Below the pieces are notes generated by a model, which had not been told where the DNA came from, searched no databases, and saw only the letters and a program-made list of their open reading frames with translations. A program made the position numbers and the translations under genes. Below, piece after piece: positions 11,301-22,699 of a DNA stretch of 53,605 nt (positions are counted from its first letter, which is position 1; the number at the start of each line of letters is the position of its first letter). Origin of the DNA: Piromyces finnis finn (lineage: Eukaryota; Fungi; Neocallimastigomycota); the NCBI GenBank assembly GCA_002104945.1, contig MCFH01000106.1, positions 1-53,605 on the forward strand, read 5' to 3'.

Positions 11301-12505
11301 CCATTTTGGTATTTCAAAAACTTTATCCTTGATTTCCCGTAACTACTGGTGGCCCAAAATGTATCAGGATGTTAAGGACTATGTCCGTTCTTGTGAGGTC
11401 TGCTGTCGTTCGAAATCCTCTAGACATAAACCTTACGGGTTATTATTCACTCTTCCTTTAGGTGAACGTCCCTGGTCTTCCATTGCTATGGATTTTATCA
11501 CTGACCTCCCCTCTTCTCGTGGATTTACCTGTATCTTCGTTGTCATTGATCGATTGACAAAAATGGCTCACTTTATCCCTTTTGAAAAAGTTCCCACTGC
11601 TGAACGTGCTGCCGAAGCTTTCATTAACAACGTCTTCAAACTTCATGGATGCCCTTCCGACATTGTTCTCGACCAAGGTTCTCAGTTCACTTCAAAGTTT
11701 TGGAAGAAATTCTTTGCTACCCTCAAGATTGATTTGAAATACTCTTCTGCTTATCACCACCAATCCAATGGCCAGACGGAGAGAGTGAACTCCGTTGTAG
11801 AACAATATCTACGCTGCTTCTCAAATTACAAAGGCACTAACTGGATCGAATACTTAAGCCTAGCTGAATTTAGTTACAATAATTCAGTTCAAGAATCTGC
11901 AAAACAAACACCCTTCTTCTTGAACTATGGTTTCCATCCTAATTTTAATCCAACAATTCCAACAACAAGTGAAGTTCCAAGAGCTGAAGAATACACAAAA
12001 GAATTAAAAGAAATTATCAGCACCCTCAAAAAAAACCTTTCGGAAGCTCAAAAGAAACAAGAACATTTCGCCAATAGACATAGACAACCAGGCCCGTCAT
12101 TCAAACCAGGAGAAAAGGTATGGTTAATCAATAATAATTTAGTTAAGGGAAATAAAAAATTCACCCCTCGGAAACTCGGTCCCTATGAAATTGAACAACA
12201 AATATCAGAAGTCTCATTCAAATTGAAACTCCCTGGTAACATGAAGATTGATCCGGTATTCCATAAATCATCTCTCGAGCCTTACTTCGAAGGGAAAAGT
12301 ACAAACCGAAAAGTTCAACCTCCACCACCTGTCATTATAAACGAAGAGGAGGAATACGAAGTAGAAGAAATTCTGGACAAAAGAAGACGCTATAACAAAA
12401 CTCAGTACTTGATCAAATGGAAAGGATATCCTATTTCAGAAGCCTCATGGGAACCCGAAGAAAATCTGAACTGTCCAGCAAAGCTAAGAGAATTCAACAA
12501 GACCC

Positions 12506-12510
<5 letters not shown>
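8311..12510 (+). CDS. Gag-Pol polyprotein, 1399 aa (gag, CCHC knuckle, protease, RT, RNase H, integrase, chromodomain)
   Basis: [14 protein letters not shown]; LLDSGS; YIDDIIIFS; VETDASN; [13 protein letters not shown]; DFIT/DQGSQF/TERVN; [20 protein letters not shown]. Confidence 0.97.
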
Positions 12511-12542
<32 letters not shown>

Positions 12543-12855
12543 AATAATAATAAAATTAACTAATTTTCATTAATTTTTAGACACAAATGAGGGAATATTA
12601 ATTTTTAGAATAAACTTAACCGATACCGTTTTGGCGAAGCTCCCATAGGGATTTACTGGACTTACAAGCGTACCAAGAACAAGTACTATCAAACGGCCAT
12701 ATTGGAACCTTGCCTATGAAACCTCTAGTACTTGTTGGACATACTTTAGTCTTGGCGCCAACCCGCCTTACATCAAAGTTACTCTACCAACCCCGACTTC
12801 GAACCCACAACCTTCTAGTTTATTGCCAACTACTCGACCATTGTACCACACCTTT
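12509..12855 (-). ncRNA. Putative antisense Pol III transcription unit in the 3' UTR of element B
   Basis: A box TGGTACAATGG (12848-12838) and B box GGTTCGAAGTC (12805-12795) at 44-nt spacing; structured body; T4 near 12552 and a ~32-nt T run at 12540-12509 on the minus strand. Expression is inferred, not shown. Confidence 0.5.
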
Positions 12856-12913
12856 TAATTCTCATATGAAGTCAACTGCCTATTTAAAAAAAAAAAAAAA
12901 ATTATTAGCTTAT

Positions 12914-12946
12914 AAATTCGTCTGGAATCCGAATTTAGAGGAGGAG
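12914..12946 (+). promoter_or_regulatory. Stem-loop plus polypurine tract of element B
   Basis: AAATTCG-TCTGGAATC-CGAATTT hairpin followed by AGAGGAGGAG, two bases before the 3' LTR. Confidence 0.75.
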
Positions 12947-12948
12947 CT

Positions 12949-13318
12949 TGTAATGAGGTATATCTAATGATAAGGGTTAGACTAGAAAATCATTAAGGTT
13001 AGATTAATGAAAATTTCATAATTATGTTTTTATAACCAATCATTAAGTAATTAATTCACTTATCAAATTGTATTAAAAAAAAAAATAATTTTCATGTATA
13101 AAAGAGAGAATAAGAAAGATAAAATAGTTCTTTAGTGTTTTTATTAATAATTAATAAAAATTAGTTTTTTTTGTTTCGTCTTTAGTTTGATAATACACTG
13201 ACCTAGCGAGTTAGTCGTATTATAATAATAAATTTAATAAATAAACATTATTAAAAAAAATACATATATATTTGATACATTAGAGTGTGTGTGTTTATTA
13301 TTATAATATTTCGTTACA
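12949..13318 (+). repeat. 3' LTR of element B
   Basis: Direct repeat of 7882-8247, followed by TSD CCGGA. Confidence 0.95.
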
Positions 13319-13701
13319 CCGGAGAACATACCTGGATCTGGTACTTGAGTGATTGGAGTAGCAAAACGGCCTCTCATGATAACATCATGATCCAAATCAA
13401 ATCTTGTTGAAGTAGATTCATCATCTCTAAAGACAGTAGGTCTTGGAGTCGCTATCCTATCATAGTTGGTATGTAACAATGGTTGTTCATCTTCATTCTG
13501 AGCAGTTTGATTATTATTCGTATTAGTTAATACACCCATGATTTCATTCAAACGATTATTCACATCATTGGAAAAATTTTGAAAATCTTCACGGAAAACC
13601 AAATTTTCATTGATACCCTCAATGATATCCTTGGCAGTCTGAGTAGCATCCTCTCTTAGTTGGTTTACCTCGTCTGGGAAATTAGGAACCGGAGTGAACA
13701 T
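13319..13701 (-). CDS. gag, 5' portion (element A); residues after MFSG in the ORF track are read-through into the element B LTR
   Basis: In-frame reconstitution across TSD CCGGA. Confidence 0.85.
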
Positions 13702-13736
13702 TCTAAAGTAGCCACTAAACAGCGGGTAAAGATTAT

Positions 13737-14865
13737 TGTTAAGTTTTTGGGTTTGGTTATGCGGCCAGGTCAGAATGTTATTAATTATATAGTAAAAATG
13801 TTTTTTTAAGAAATTAAATTTAATTATAAAATAACACTTTAAACTTCCAAATGAAAAATGAAAAATTTATATTTACTTTAAAATAACTTTTTATAAATTT
13901 TTCTTTATTTAATAATAATAATATAAATGATATTATATTTAGTAACTATATAATTAAGATTATAACTATAGTCTTTACAAAGAATTAAAATCGAATTCAA
14001 TTCATTCTCTTTTATATTCTTTGTTCAGATTATTAAATTGATATTAATAAGAATAAAGTATTACATGTAATATATTAATAATATAATTAAATAAGTAATA
14101 AGATTGTTTGTTTGTTTGTTTGTCATGACATAAAATAAAATAAACATATGATTAATCATTTAAACATTTGATCCTAATTAGTAATTATAAAAACTATTCA
14201 ATTAATAATTCATCATTATTAATTGATATTAACATAACATATTTGTTATAATTAAATAATTATTATTTTAAAAATTATTTCTAATAAAACTTGCCGTTAA
14301 CATATTTTGTAATAATTAAGATTATTTGATTTATAGGTGTTAACTGTTACACCTAAATGGGTCTAGTTCTATTTTTAGTAACAGTCGTTATCATTAATTA
14401 AATTAATATAACTAAAATTCCTATTGATATATTTTTTATTTCCTCAAGGCATAAGAAATATTTATGATCCATACTTGATATCCTATTGATTTTAATTTAC
14501 CTATTAAAATCTTTAAATGATCATAACTTCCTTAAATGATCAGTTAGAAGGACCGCGATTGTACCAAATTGTAGCTTTCTTCCTAAGCTTTCCAATAAAC
14601 CTAGTTTCAAAACTATATTTAAAGGCGGTAGCGATCGTTTTTGGCGAGTTACGCCTTATTTCGTACTTGCTTATTTTTGGCTAAGGGTTATAGTGTATTG
14701 ATATTAAATTTTTGAAATCATAACCCTTTCACTGAATCAAAATTTAAAAGGTGACTTTTAAAAGTGTTTTAAAATAATTATTGAAATTATTTAATTATAA
14801 TTATTATGTTTAATTAATTATAGATATTATCTGAATTCGTTTTAAATCCAGTTAATATCTTCACA
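13737..14865 (-). repeat. 5' LTR of element A (~1.13 kb, TGTGAAGATATT...AACA)
   Basis: Reverse complement of 46028-47166; followed by PBS ATAATCTTTAC (13736-13726), complementary to the LTR-internal GTAAAGA(C/T)TAT. Confidence 0.8.
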
Positions 14866-14889
14866 AACAGAAGAAGTAGTTTAAAAAGT

Positions 14890-15254
14890 TGTAATATAAC
14901 TACCATTCCTTTATCATTACATCATACAAATAATGAAATTATCTTAATGGTTAGTAACTAAGACGTTAGTCCAAATGTCTTGAGTTCGAGACTTTTAAAT
15001 TACTTTTTTTATTTATTTTTATTTTAATTTTTTATTTTGATTTTTTATCAACTCGAAATTCTTTGATTGGTTAAGAAATTTAAGTTGTAAAAAATCTTTT
15101 AGATTAATTTTAAAAATTTTTATATAAATACGAGTGGATTTTTCTAAATAATTTTAAAAAAATTGAGTTTTTATTAATTAATAAATTATTGTTAAACACT
15201 AACCTATTAAGTTAAAATTTGTGTGTTTTTAATAATAATTTCAAATATTAATAA
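14890..15254 (+). mobile_element. Truncated LTR related to the element E LTR, carrying an A/B-box module
   Basis: TGTAA start; A box 14940-14950, B box GTTCGAGAC 14984-14992; shares GATTGG, TATAAATACGAGTG, GAGTTTTTATT and TTAAACACTAACCT blocks with 35524-35932. Confidence 0.65.
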
Positions 15255-16014
15255 TTTTTTTTTTTTTTTTTTTTTTAACGGCATCAAATATTTTTAAACT
15301 TTATTATTAATTTAATTAAAATTATAATACATGTTATAAAAAATTAAAATAAAATAAAATAATAAAAAATATGTTTAAATAAACGCAAATGAATAAAAAT
15401 TGGGTATAATGTATTCTAGTAATTTTTAAATTAAAGTAAGAAAGCCACTATTATACTAAAGTATAATAATTGTATTTGACTTCCAATGGGACATGGGACA
15501 CCGAGTCAACGACCAAAATTTTGTCATTTGTCATGGGACAAAATTATGATCTCCATTGGTTGCGCTGGCCCTCCTGGCCTGTCTTACTGTTTCTTCAGCA
15601 TTGACGCTCTTGGATGTTGCTTCAAACCTTTTGAACATTGACCATTGCTGGCCAATAACAAAAGGCATGATTTTGGTTAGAAGTTCCGCTGTTACCGTCA
15701 AGAATGGTGTTTTTTCGCAAGTGCCCGATTGAGTCTGACTCTTGCAAAGTTCTTTCCATTCCCTTGAATTGCAATTGATATTGTTAAAACTTCTTCCCCC
15801 AAGAAGGAATTTAAATATTTTACTGCACACACTAGAATAATCATACACATTAATATTCACCTGATTATTAGAACTATTACTATTATTAACTAAATTACTA
15901 TATAAATTAGAATTATTATCTTCACTATTTCTATTACTACTATTATTACTACTATTGTTAAAATTATTATTATTATTATTATTGTCATTATTATTATTAT
16001 TATTATTATTATTG

Positions 16015-16070
<56 letters not shown>

Positions 16071-16071
16071 G

Positions 16072-16109
<38 letters not shown>

Positions 16110-16169
16110 GTCATTATTATTATTATTATTATTATTGCTATCTCTACTGATATCAACATCTTCATTATT
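15255..16169 (-). mobile_element. 3' end of a LINE (poly-Asn region, C-terminal ORF2 segment, 3' UTR, poly-A tail); inferred continuation of the LINE at 29310-34034
   Basis: Minus-strand frame open NNEDVDISRDS(N)n...IFKFLLGG...HNFVP* ending at 15531; poly-A at 15276-15255; joins in frame to ...NSDSPI at 34034. Confidence 0.6.
15960..16140. repeat. (AAT)n microsatellite with GACAAT interruptions (poly-Asn in the LINE frame)
   Basis: Directly visible tta/att trinucleotide array. Confidence 0.95.
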
Positions 16170-16468
16170 ATCTGAAGTGGCTAAATAAAAAATTCAATTT
16201 TCTTTCATAATTATTCTTTAAATTAATTAAAAATTACATAAAATGAATCCCGTGATAAAATACAATAAATATTTAATTTTTCGAATATTCGAACTTATTC
16301 TTTTTCGAATAAGTTCTATAAGTTTCTATAAGTCATAATTTAAATTGTTAAATAAATAATTTAAAATAAAATATAGATCAGGGTTTGAGTCAAACCCGAG
16401 TGATCTAGATTGATGTCTTAAATACTAACCATTAAGAAAATATTAATTTTCTAATAGATTCTGGTACA
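16170..16468 (-). mobile_element. 5' half of an LTR (element C family) with an A/B-box module
   Basis: Colinear with 44599-44885; A box 16439-16429, B box GTTTGACTC 16395-16387. Confidence 0.85.
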
Positions 16469-17844
16469 CCACATTCAGAAAAATGCAATAAATCCATATA
16501 TTTGGTAAATGAAATAACCCTTATAATATATATGAATTTAAATATTTTTATTTAATAAATATATATAACGATAGTAATAATAAGAATGGTAAATTAAATT
16601 AATAACTTATAAATAATTTATTAAAGTAAAATAAACTTTTTATAATTTAATATAATGATGATAAAAATATAATTATATAAGGAAGAGAAATACGCGTATA
16701 TATATATATAAAAAAAAGGGAGTTTTTAGTTTTAATTAGTTTTAGTTAGTTTATATTAGTTATAAATAAAATAAAGATAAGGTGATAATAATAGAAGAAT
16801 AAATAATATTATTGTTAGATTTAGTGAAGGAATTAATAATAATATTAGTTTATTTTCTAAGATTATACCTATTTTTAAAACAAATAATAATATAAATAAT
16901 AATAAATAATACTTATAAATAATAAAATTTGTAATAAAATAATAAAGTAATATATAATAAAAATTATTCATCTAGAATATAAATTTGTTATTTATAACTG
17001 TTGTAGTGTCTTAAATAATAAATAAAAAGGTACTTATAATAAAATTCTGTACCAATTCTGTGTAAGAATTAATAATTATTTATTGAACAATTATTAATTC
17101 TTATTTAATTATTTTTTAATTATTAAATTAATTATTTATTTAAACTATTAGCATACATTCATTTAAATTACTATACACATTTATTTATATTAATATTAAT
17201 TATTCATTTACTTAATTTAAAATTTATTTAATTACTATATTAATTATTTATTTATTTAATTTAGTAATTTATTTAAAATGATAGTAAACATTCATTTATT
17301 TTATTAATTAATAATTTTTGTATTACATTTTATAAGAAACATTTTGTATTTTATTTTACGTTCGTATTTTATGTTTATGTATCGTATCTTGAAATAACTT
17401 ATAGAAACAATTAGAAGATATAAATAAATATTAGGACAATCGGGTATTAAGGTTTTTCCGAATTTTATTCGGTTTTACTTGATATTACGATGATTGATAT
17501 ATTAGTTATCAATCGAATATCTTTTCTGGTTTTCTTCTAGTCTTTTCTAAAAAGATTATTTGTTAAGATTAGAAATTCTTTATTAAACTTTAATTTATTA
17601 AAAAATTATAAATAAAAGAACTCTGGAATTCCACTAAAGAATCCAGAGTTATTATTATAAGAACTATTATAAGAAATAACCTTTATTTAAAACATTTTAA
17701 ATCAAATAACATTAAAGCTTTGTGTTGTTTATTATATTTCCTTATAATAAACTCTTATTTCAGATAAGTACAAAATTTTATTTATTTTAATTTCTTAGTT
17801 TAATAATATTAATTATTATTAAATTGTAGATAATAATTATTATT

Positions 17845-18120
17845 GTGAAATAAATTTAATTAATAAATAATTTTATTCATAAGGTTAACAAAGAGAAAAA
17901 GTTACATTGTAAATATTACAGTTATATAATGATATTTAAGGTCATGTGACCATAGAAAATAAAATAAAATAAATAAAAAATAACTTTCTCTACAACACGT
18001 AGACATTACGTTTACAACACTTTTAATACATGTTTGTGTTTTTATAAAATAGTCACGTGTGTAATAAATATATGATATAGATAAATAAAATTATGTGTCC
18101 ATAAATGTTCACAATTATTA
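17845..18120. repeat. Unclassified dispersed repeat; pieces recur at ~24690-24810 (direct), ~24930-25020 (inverted) and ~44886-44928
   Basis: Shared blocks CGTAGACATTACGTTT..., ATTATGTGTCCATAAATG and AAGGTTAACAAAGAGAAAAA... Confidence 0.6.
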
Positions 18121-19610
18121 TATTATTATTATATAATATATATAATGATAATTATTACATTCTGATAAATAATGAAATTAATAAATGTAAAATTATTATT
18201 AAACCTGAATTTTAAGTTAACCCTAAAAGTAACTTAAAATAAGTTATAGTTTAATTAATTACTTTACCAAAATTCTAAAATAAAATTAATCCTAAACACT
18301 GCATATATTCTAATTATTGAAAGAAAATAATAAACTTTAATTAATCGAGATCAAAATATATAACTTTTGTTAAATTAATTATAAAATTAAATATTTAATA
18401 ACTTCGTTAGTAAATTACACTTTAAAAGTAAACAAATATAATAATCCATGTTATAAAATAATATAATTATACACTTTTATTAAAATATTAAAAATAGTTA
18501 TTACTTTAATTAATTGTAAAATAAACAATTTTTTATATTCTTTAACTTTTAATTATTTCTTTTATTTTTATTTTAATTACTTTTATTACTTTTATTGTAA
18601 ATAGTTATTAATTTTATTATTTTAATGTAAATAGTTTAAAATTAAAAGAAAATATAAATACATGTAGATATTCTTATTTTAATCATCATCATTATTATTA
18701 ACAAAAGAAATATTATATAACTTAGTTAATGTTTTTATAATTTTAATAATCACTTTTATAATTAAATAAATAAAATTTTAAATATTTAAATATTAGAAAA
18801 ATGAGTGTTTCTAATAAAACAATTTAGTGTTTTTTAATAAAACAATTTTATTAATTTTTATAAAAACAATTTTAAATTCTAATTCATATAACTTATATAG
18901 TTATAACTTAAGATATAATATAATAATCACTTTTTGGAGTAAAATTCAAAATTAAGATTATTATCAAATTATATCAATGGTCCTTCGAACCAGAGAATCA
19001 AAATAAGTGTAAAGATATCAAACGCCACAGATTGATATCTTTAATGTAACTTAAGCCATAAATATTATTGTTTAAGTTACACGAATTATATTACAGAAAA
19101 AGAAAATGGGACATAATTTATTTTTAATGTTTAACAAATAAATTAAAATTCTCAATTCAAATCCCTAGTTTTAGTATTGTTTTGTAATAGAAATAGACAT
19201 CTAGTATATAATTATTAAATGTTTAATATATCAATAATACATGGACACATATTCAAATTGAATAGTACTTAATTTGAATTGCCAATTGTATTTTACTAAA
19301 AATAGTTATAGTTTAAATATTTATTAATAATTAAGATTTTAGTGTAGATTTTAAATAATAATATATAAGAAATAAATAGTTATAATATAATATAAATGTA
19401 TTTAGGAAAAATATAAATAGAAGATATTTTTCATCATTTTATCGATGTAATTGTTATTAATAAAATTTCTATTATAATAAAAGATATTTTTAATAAAACA
19501 ATTTTATTTAAATCTTTAGTGTTATTGTAATAGAATAGATATCCTAATCTATTCTTTTTGTGTCGACTTTACAATAACAATTACCTAACATACAAATAAG
19601 AGTACGTTAG

Positions 19611-19727
19611 GATATCTTGGATAACTACTGATATCTTTTGGAACTACCAGATATTTTGGATAACTACTGATATCTTTGTAAACTACCGGATATCTTGGAT
19701 AACTACTAGTGTCTTTGTGAGCTACCA
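19611..19727 (+). repeat. Three tandem 39-bp repeats in the element D leader
   Basis: GATATCTTGGATAACTACTGATATCTTTTGGAACTACCA and two variants; each unit is a dimer of ~19-20-bp subunits. Confidence 0.9.
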
Positions 19728-19906
19728 TTTTTATAAATTTATTCTATTATCTTGCTCGACACTGTAACATACAGAGAGAGTTTGAAGCAACGTTTTAGTA
19801 TAGATTTTTCTTTAGTTACTTTGAATTAAAAAAAAATTACTTGCTTGTAATAGTAGCAGGAAACAATCGGTAATCTTAATTTTTCATTTAGTGTCTAGTT
19901 GGTGAA

Positions 19907-22122
19907 TTGGAGGAATTAATAAATATATTTGATAATTGGAATTTGGAGGAAATGACGGATAGAATGGAGAATGCTGCTGGGAATCATGGAAGTATTATTA
20001 ATGCTCCACCATTATTCACTGGTAGGCAAAGGGAATTAGATGGTTTCTTAACCAGAGTGGAATTGGTTTTCCGAACTCGACCGGCACTGTATAATACAGA
20101 TCGCGTCCGGGTTGACTTCGTTATTTCCTACTTCTCTGGGAAACCGTTGGAATGGGCTTCATCACTAATGCGGAATAATAGTGGAATATTAAACAATTAT
20201 GATGAATTTATAGATCGTTTGAGGGCTAATTTCGGATGTGACCGTTATGATACTGTTGTTGCGAATGGTAAATTAGACAACATCCGACAAAAAAAACTTG
20301 GATATGTTGTTGATTATATTACCGAGTTTCAAAGAATAAGCCAAAATTCAAACTTTAATGAAAGTGCAAAGATCTATATGTTTCTGAAAGGTTTAAACCC
20401 ACAGTTAAGAGAAAAGTTGGCTTTTGTTGAAACCAATCCAAATTCCATGGAACAGTTAATATCTTCAACAATTTTGGTTGAAGATATGATGAAAAGAAAT
20501 TCTTTAAGTGAATTCTATTTTAACAATAGGATTGCGGGAGATCCTATGGATGTTGATGTTTTTAAAATTAGTGCGGATAGGAAACGTAAGCGTTATATCA
20601 ACATTCAAGGATCCAACGGCCGTTATGAAAAGAGATCAAATAATTTTGAAAAAGAAAGAAAAAAGACTGTTTGTTTTCTTTGAAAGAAACCAGGACATTT
20701 GAAATTCAATTGTCCTAATAGAGTTAAACCAAAAAGAGTATTCCGGATTATTAAGGAAAAGACTCCTAGAATTGCTAATCCAAGGATTTATAAAGTGGGA
20801 GTCATGGATAGCAAAAAAGACGTAAATATTATTGATTTTTATTTAAGTACAAACAATATTCCGGAAGTTAAAGTTAGAGTGTTAGTTGATTCAGGATCCG
20901 AATTAAGTTTTATTAATCCTGAACTTGCTAAAGAAATTGGAATTCATTTTGAAACTGTTGAGCCTTTCCGAGTTTCAGGAGTTAACGATGGGATTTCTTG
21001 TGTAATGGAACGGAGTGAAAAGTGCATATTAAGATGTAGAAATCATTTTGAAACTATTCAATTATATAGTTTAAAGGTTCCTGGTGTCGACGTAATTCTT
21101 GGACTACCATGGATTAAAAAGCACAATCCTGAGGCTTTTTATGATTCCAAGAAAATCAATTTTAGTTCGGGATATTGCGCTAGACACTGTAATCATGGGA
21201 AAAGAAATAGAAAAAGTAAGAAGAAATCTAAGAAGGACGAATTAGACCATGAAGTCCTCGACAAAAGTATTATGAAAAAATCGGCTAAATCCATCGGTCT
21301 CTCGGATAATGCAAACACCTAGACTAATGAAGACAAGGAGTACGTTAAAGGACGCCTAGTAATAACTATTAATGATGAAGAAGACAGCGAAGATGACGGA
21401 GACAATTATAATAAAAAAGTTAAATGTATAATTAGTAAAATTAGTGAAACATGTAATGTAATAATAAATGTAATTATGAATGTAATGAAAATAGTCTTAG
21501 TTTAATAGAAACAAAGATTAAGAATAATGAATTAAATAAAGAAAAAATGGTCACCGTACCATCCGAATATATTGAATTTTTAGAAGTGTTTAATGAAAAA
21601 AATTGTGAAGTGTTACCTCCTCATAAACCTTATGATTGTGAAATCAAACTTAAGGATGATTCAACTTTATTTTATGGACCCTTGTATCCATTAACTGAAG
21701 TTGAAAGAGAGGAACTTAAAAAATATATAGATGAAAATTTAAATAAGGGTTTTATTAGGAAATCATCGTCTCCTGCTGGTGCCCCAATTTTGTTTGTTAA
21801 AAAGAAGGACGGTTCCTTAAGACTTTGTATTGATTATAGAAAGTTGAATGACATTACCATTCGTAATTCATATCCTTTACCTTTAATAAGTGACCTTTTG
21901 GATAGGGTGAAAAATGCTAAAATTTTCACTAAATTAGATCTCAAATCTGCTTATAATCTTGTTCGCATTAAAGAAGGTGATGAATACAAAACAGCTTTTC
22001 GTACTAGGTATGGTCATTTTGAATATCTGGTTATACCTTTTGGATTAAAGAATGCACCTGCAACCATTCAACACTTTATTAACGATGTTCTTAGTGATTA
22101 TTTAGATGATTTTGTTATCTAA
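19907..22122 (+). pseudogene. Element D gag-protease-RT, one frame broken by stop codons
   Basis: ORFs 19907-20683, 20699-21322 and 21547-22122. A TGA replaces the second Cys of CFLCKKPGHLKFNC; VLVDSGS; [10 protein letters not shown]; stop inside the YIDD region. Confidence 0.88.
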
Positions 22123-22699
22123 TATATTGATGATATCCTTATTTATTCTAATAATATCGAAGAACATGAGCATGTTAAAAAGGTACTTAAGAAACTACTT
22201 GAAAATAATCTTTATGTTAAATTAGAAAAATGTGAGTTTGATGTTAAGAAAACCACTTTTCTTGGTTATGTCATTTCAAAAGATGGGTTGCAAATGGACA
22301 AATGGACTAGAATAAAGTTAAAGCAATTCTCGATTGCCAGGTTCCCAAGAAAGTTAAAGAGGTTCAGTCTTTTATTGGTCTATGTAACTACTACAGAATT
22401 TTTATTTAAGACTTTGCTAAAATTGCAAACCCTCTTCACAAACTCACTAGAAAAAATGTTGCTTTTAACTGGGGGAAAGAAGTTCAGGACGCTTTTATTT
22501 TATTAAAAACTTTGTTCACGTCAGCTCCTATTCTGAAACATGCGGATAGTAATAAACAATTTATTGTAGAAACTGATGCTAGTAATTATGCTGTCGGTGC
22601 TATTCTCTCTCAAGAGTTTGATGGCAAATTACATCCCATTGCATTTCTTTCTAAAAGTTGACGAGTTGTCAAAGAAACTATCCTATATATGACAAAGAG

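Larger units (their letters stand above)
7882..13318 (+). mobile_element. Full-length, apparently intact Ty3/gypsy chromovirus element B, nested in the gag of element A
   Basis: Near-identical LTRs 7882-8247 and 12949-13318 (TGTAA...TTACA); TSD CCGGA at 7877-7881 and 13319-13323; single gag-pol ORF; PPT before the 3' LTR. Confidence 0.97.
3433..14865 (-). mobile_element. Ty3/gypsy element A (degenerate; gag interrupted by element B; 3' LTR absent)
   Basis: Order 5' LTR (13737-14865), gag, protease, RT, RNase H, integrase, chromo-like domain; nonsense codon at 4939-4941 and a frame break near 6482-6528. Confidence 0.9.

Noticed and set aside
12509-12540. A tract after the pol stop as a retroposed poly-A tail
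   Set aside because: It lies inside an LTR element bounded by a TSD; element E has a similar internal tract.
12795-12855. Calling the A/B-box modules true tRNA genes
   Set aside because: No acceptor stem and a broken T stem; only promoter boxes and partial arms are present.
12710-12967. 85-aa ORF in the element B 3' UTR as an env-like or extra gene
   Set aside because: Short, starts at TTG, runs through an A tract into the LTR, and has no motifs.
15890-16188. Poly-Ile (15890-16165) and poly-Leu (15955-16188) ORFs
   Set aside because: Alternate-frame or opposite-strand readings of the AAT microsatellite; the meaningful frame is the poly-Asn LINE frame.
16756-16971. 71-aa hydrophobic ORF
   Set aside because: Composition is explained by very high AT content; no other support.
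18970-19007. GGTTCGAAGG B-box-like word next to the element D 5' LTR
   Set aside because: Imperfect, with no correctly spaced A box; likely chance or a remnant.
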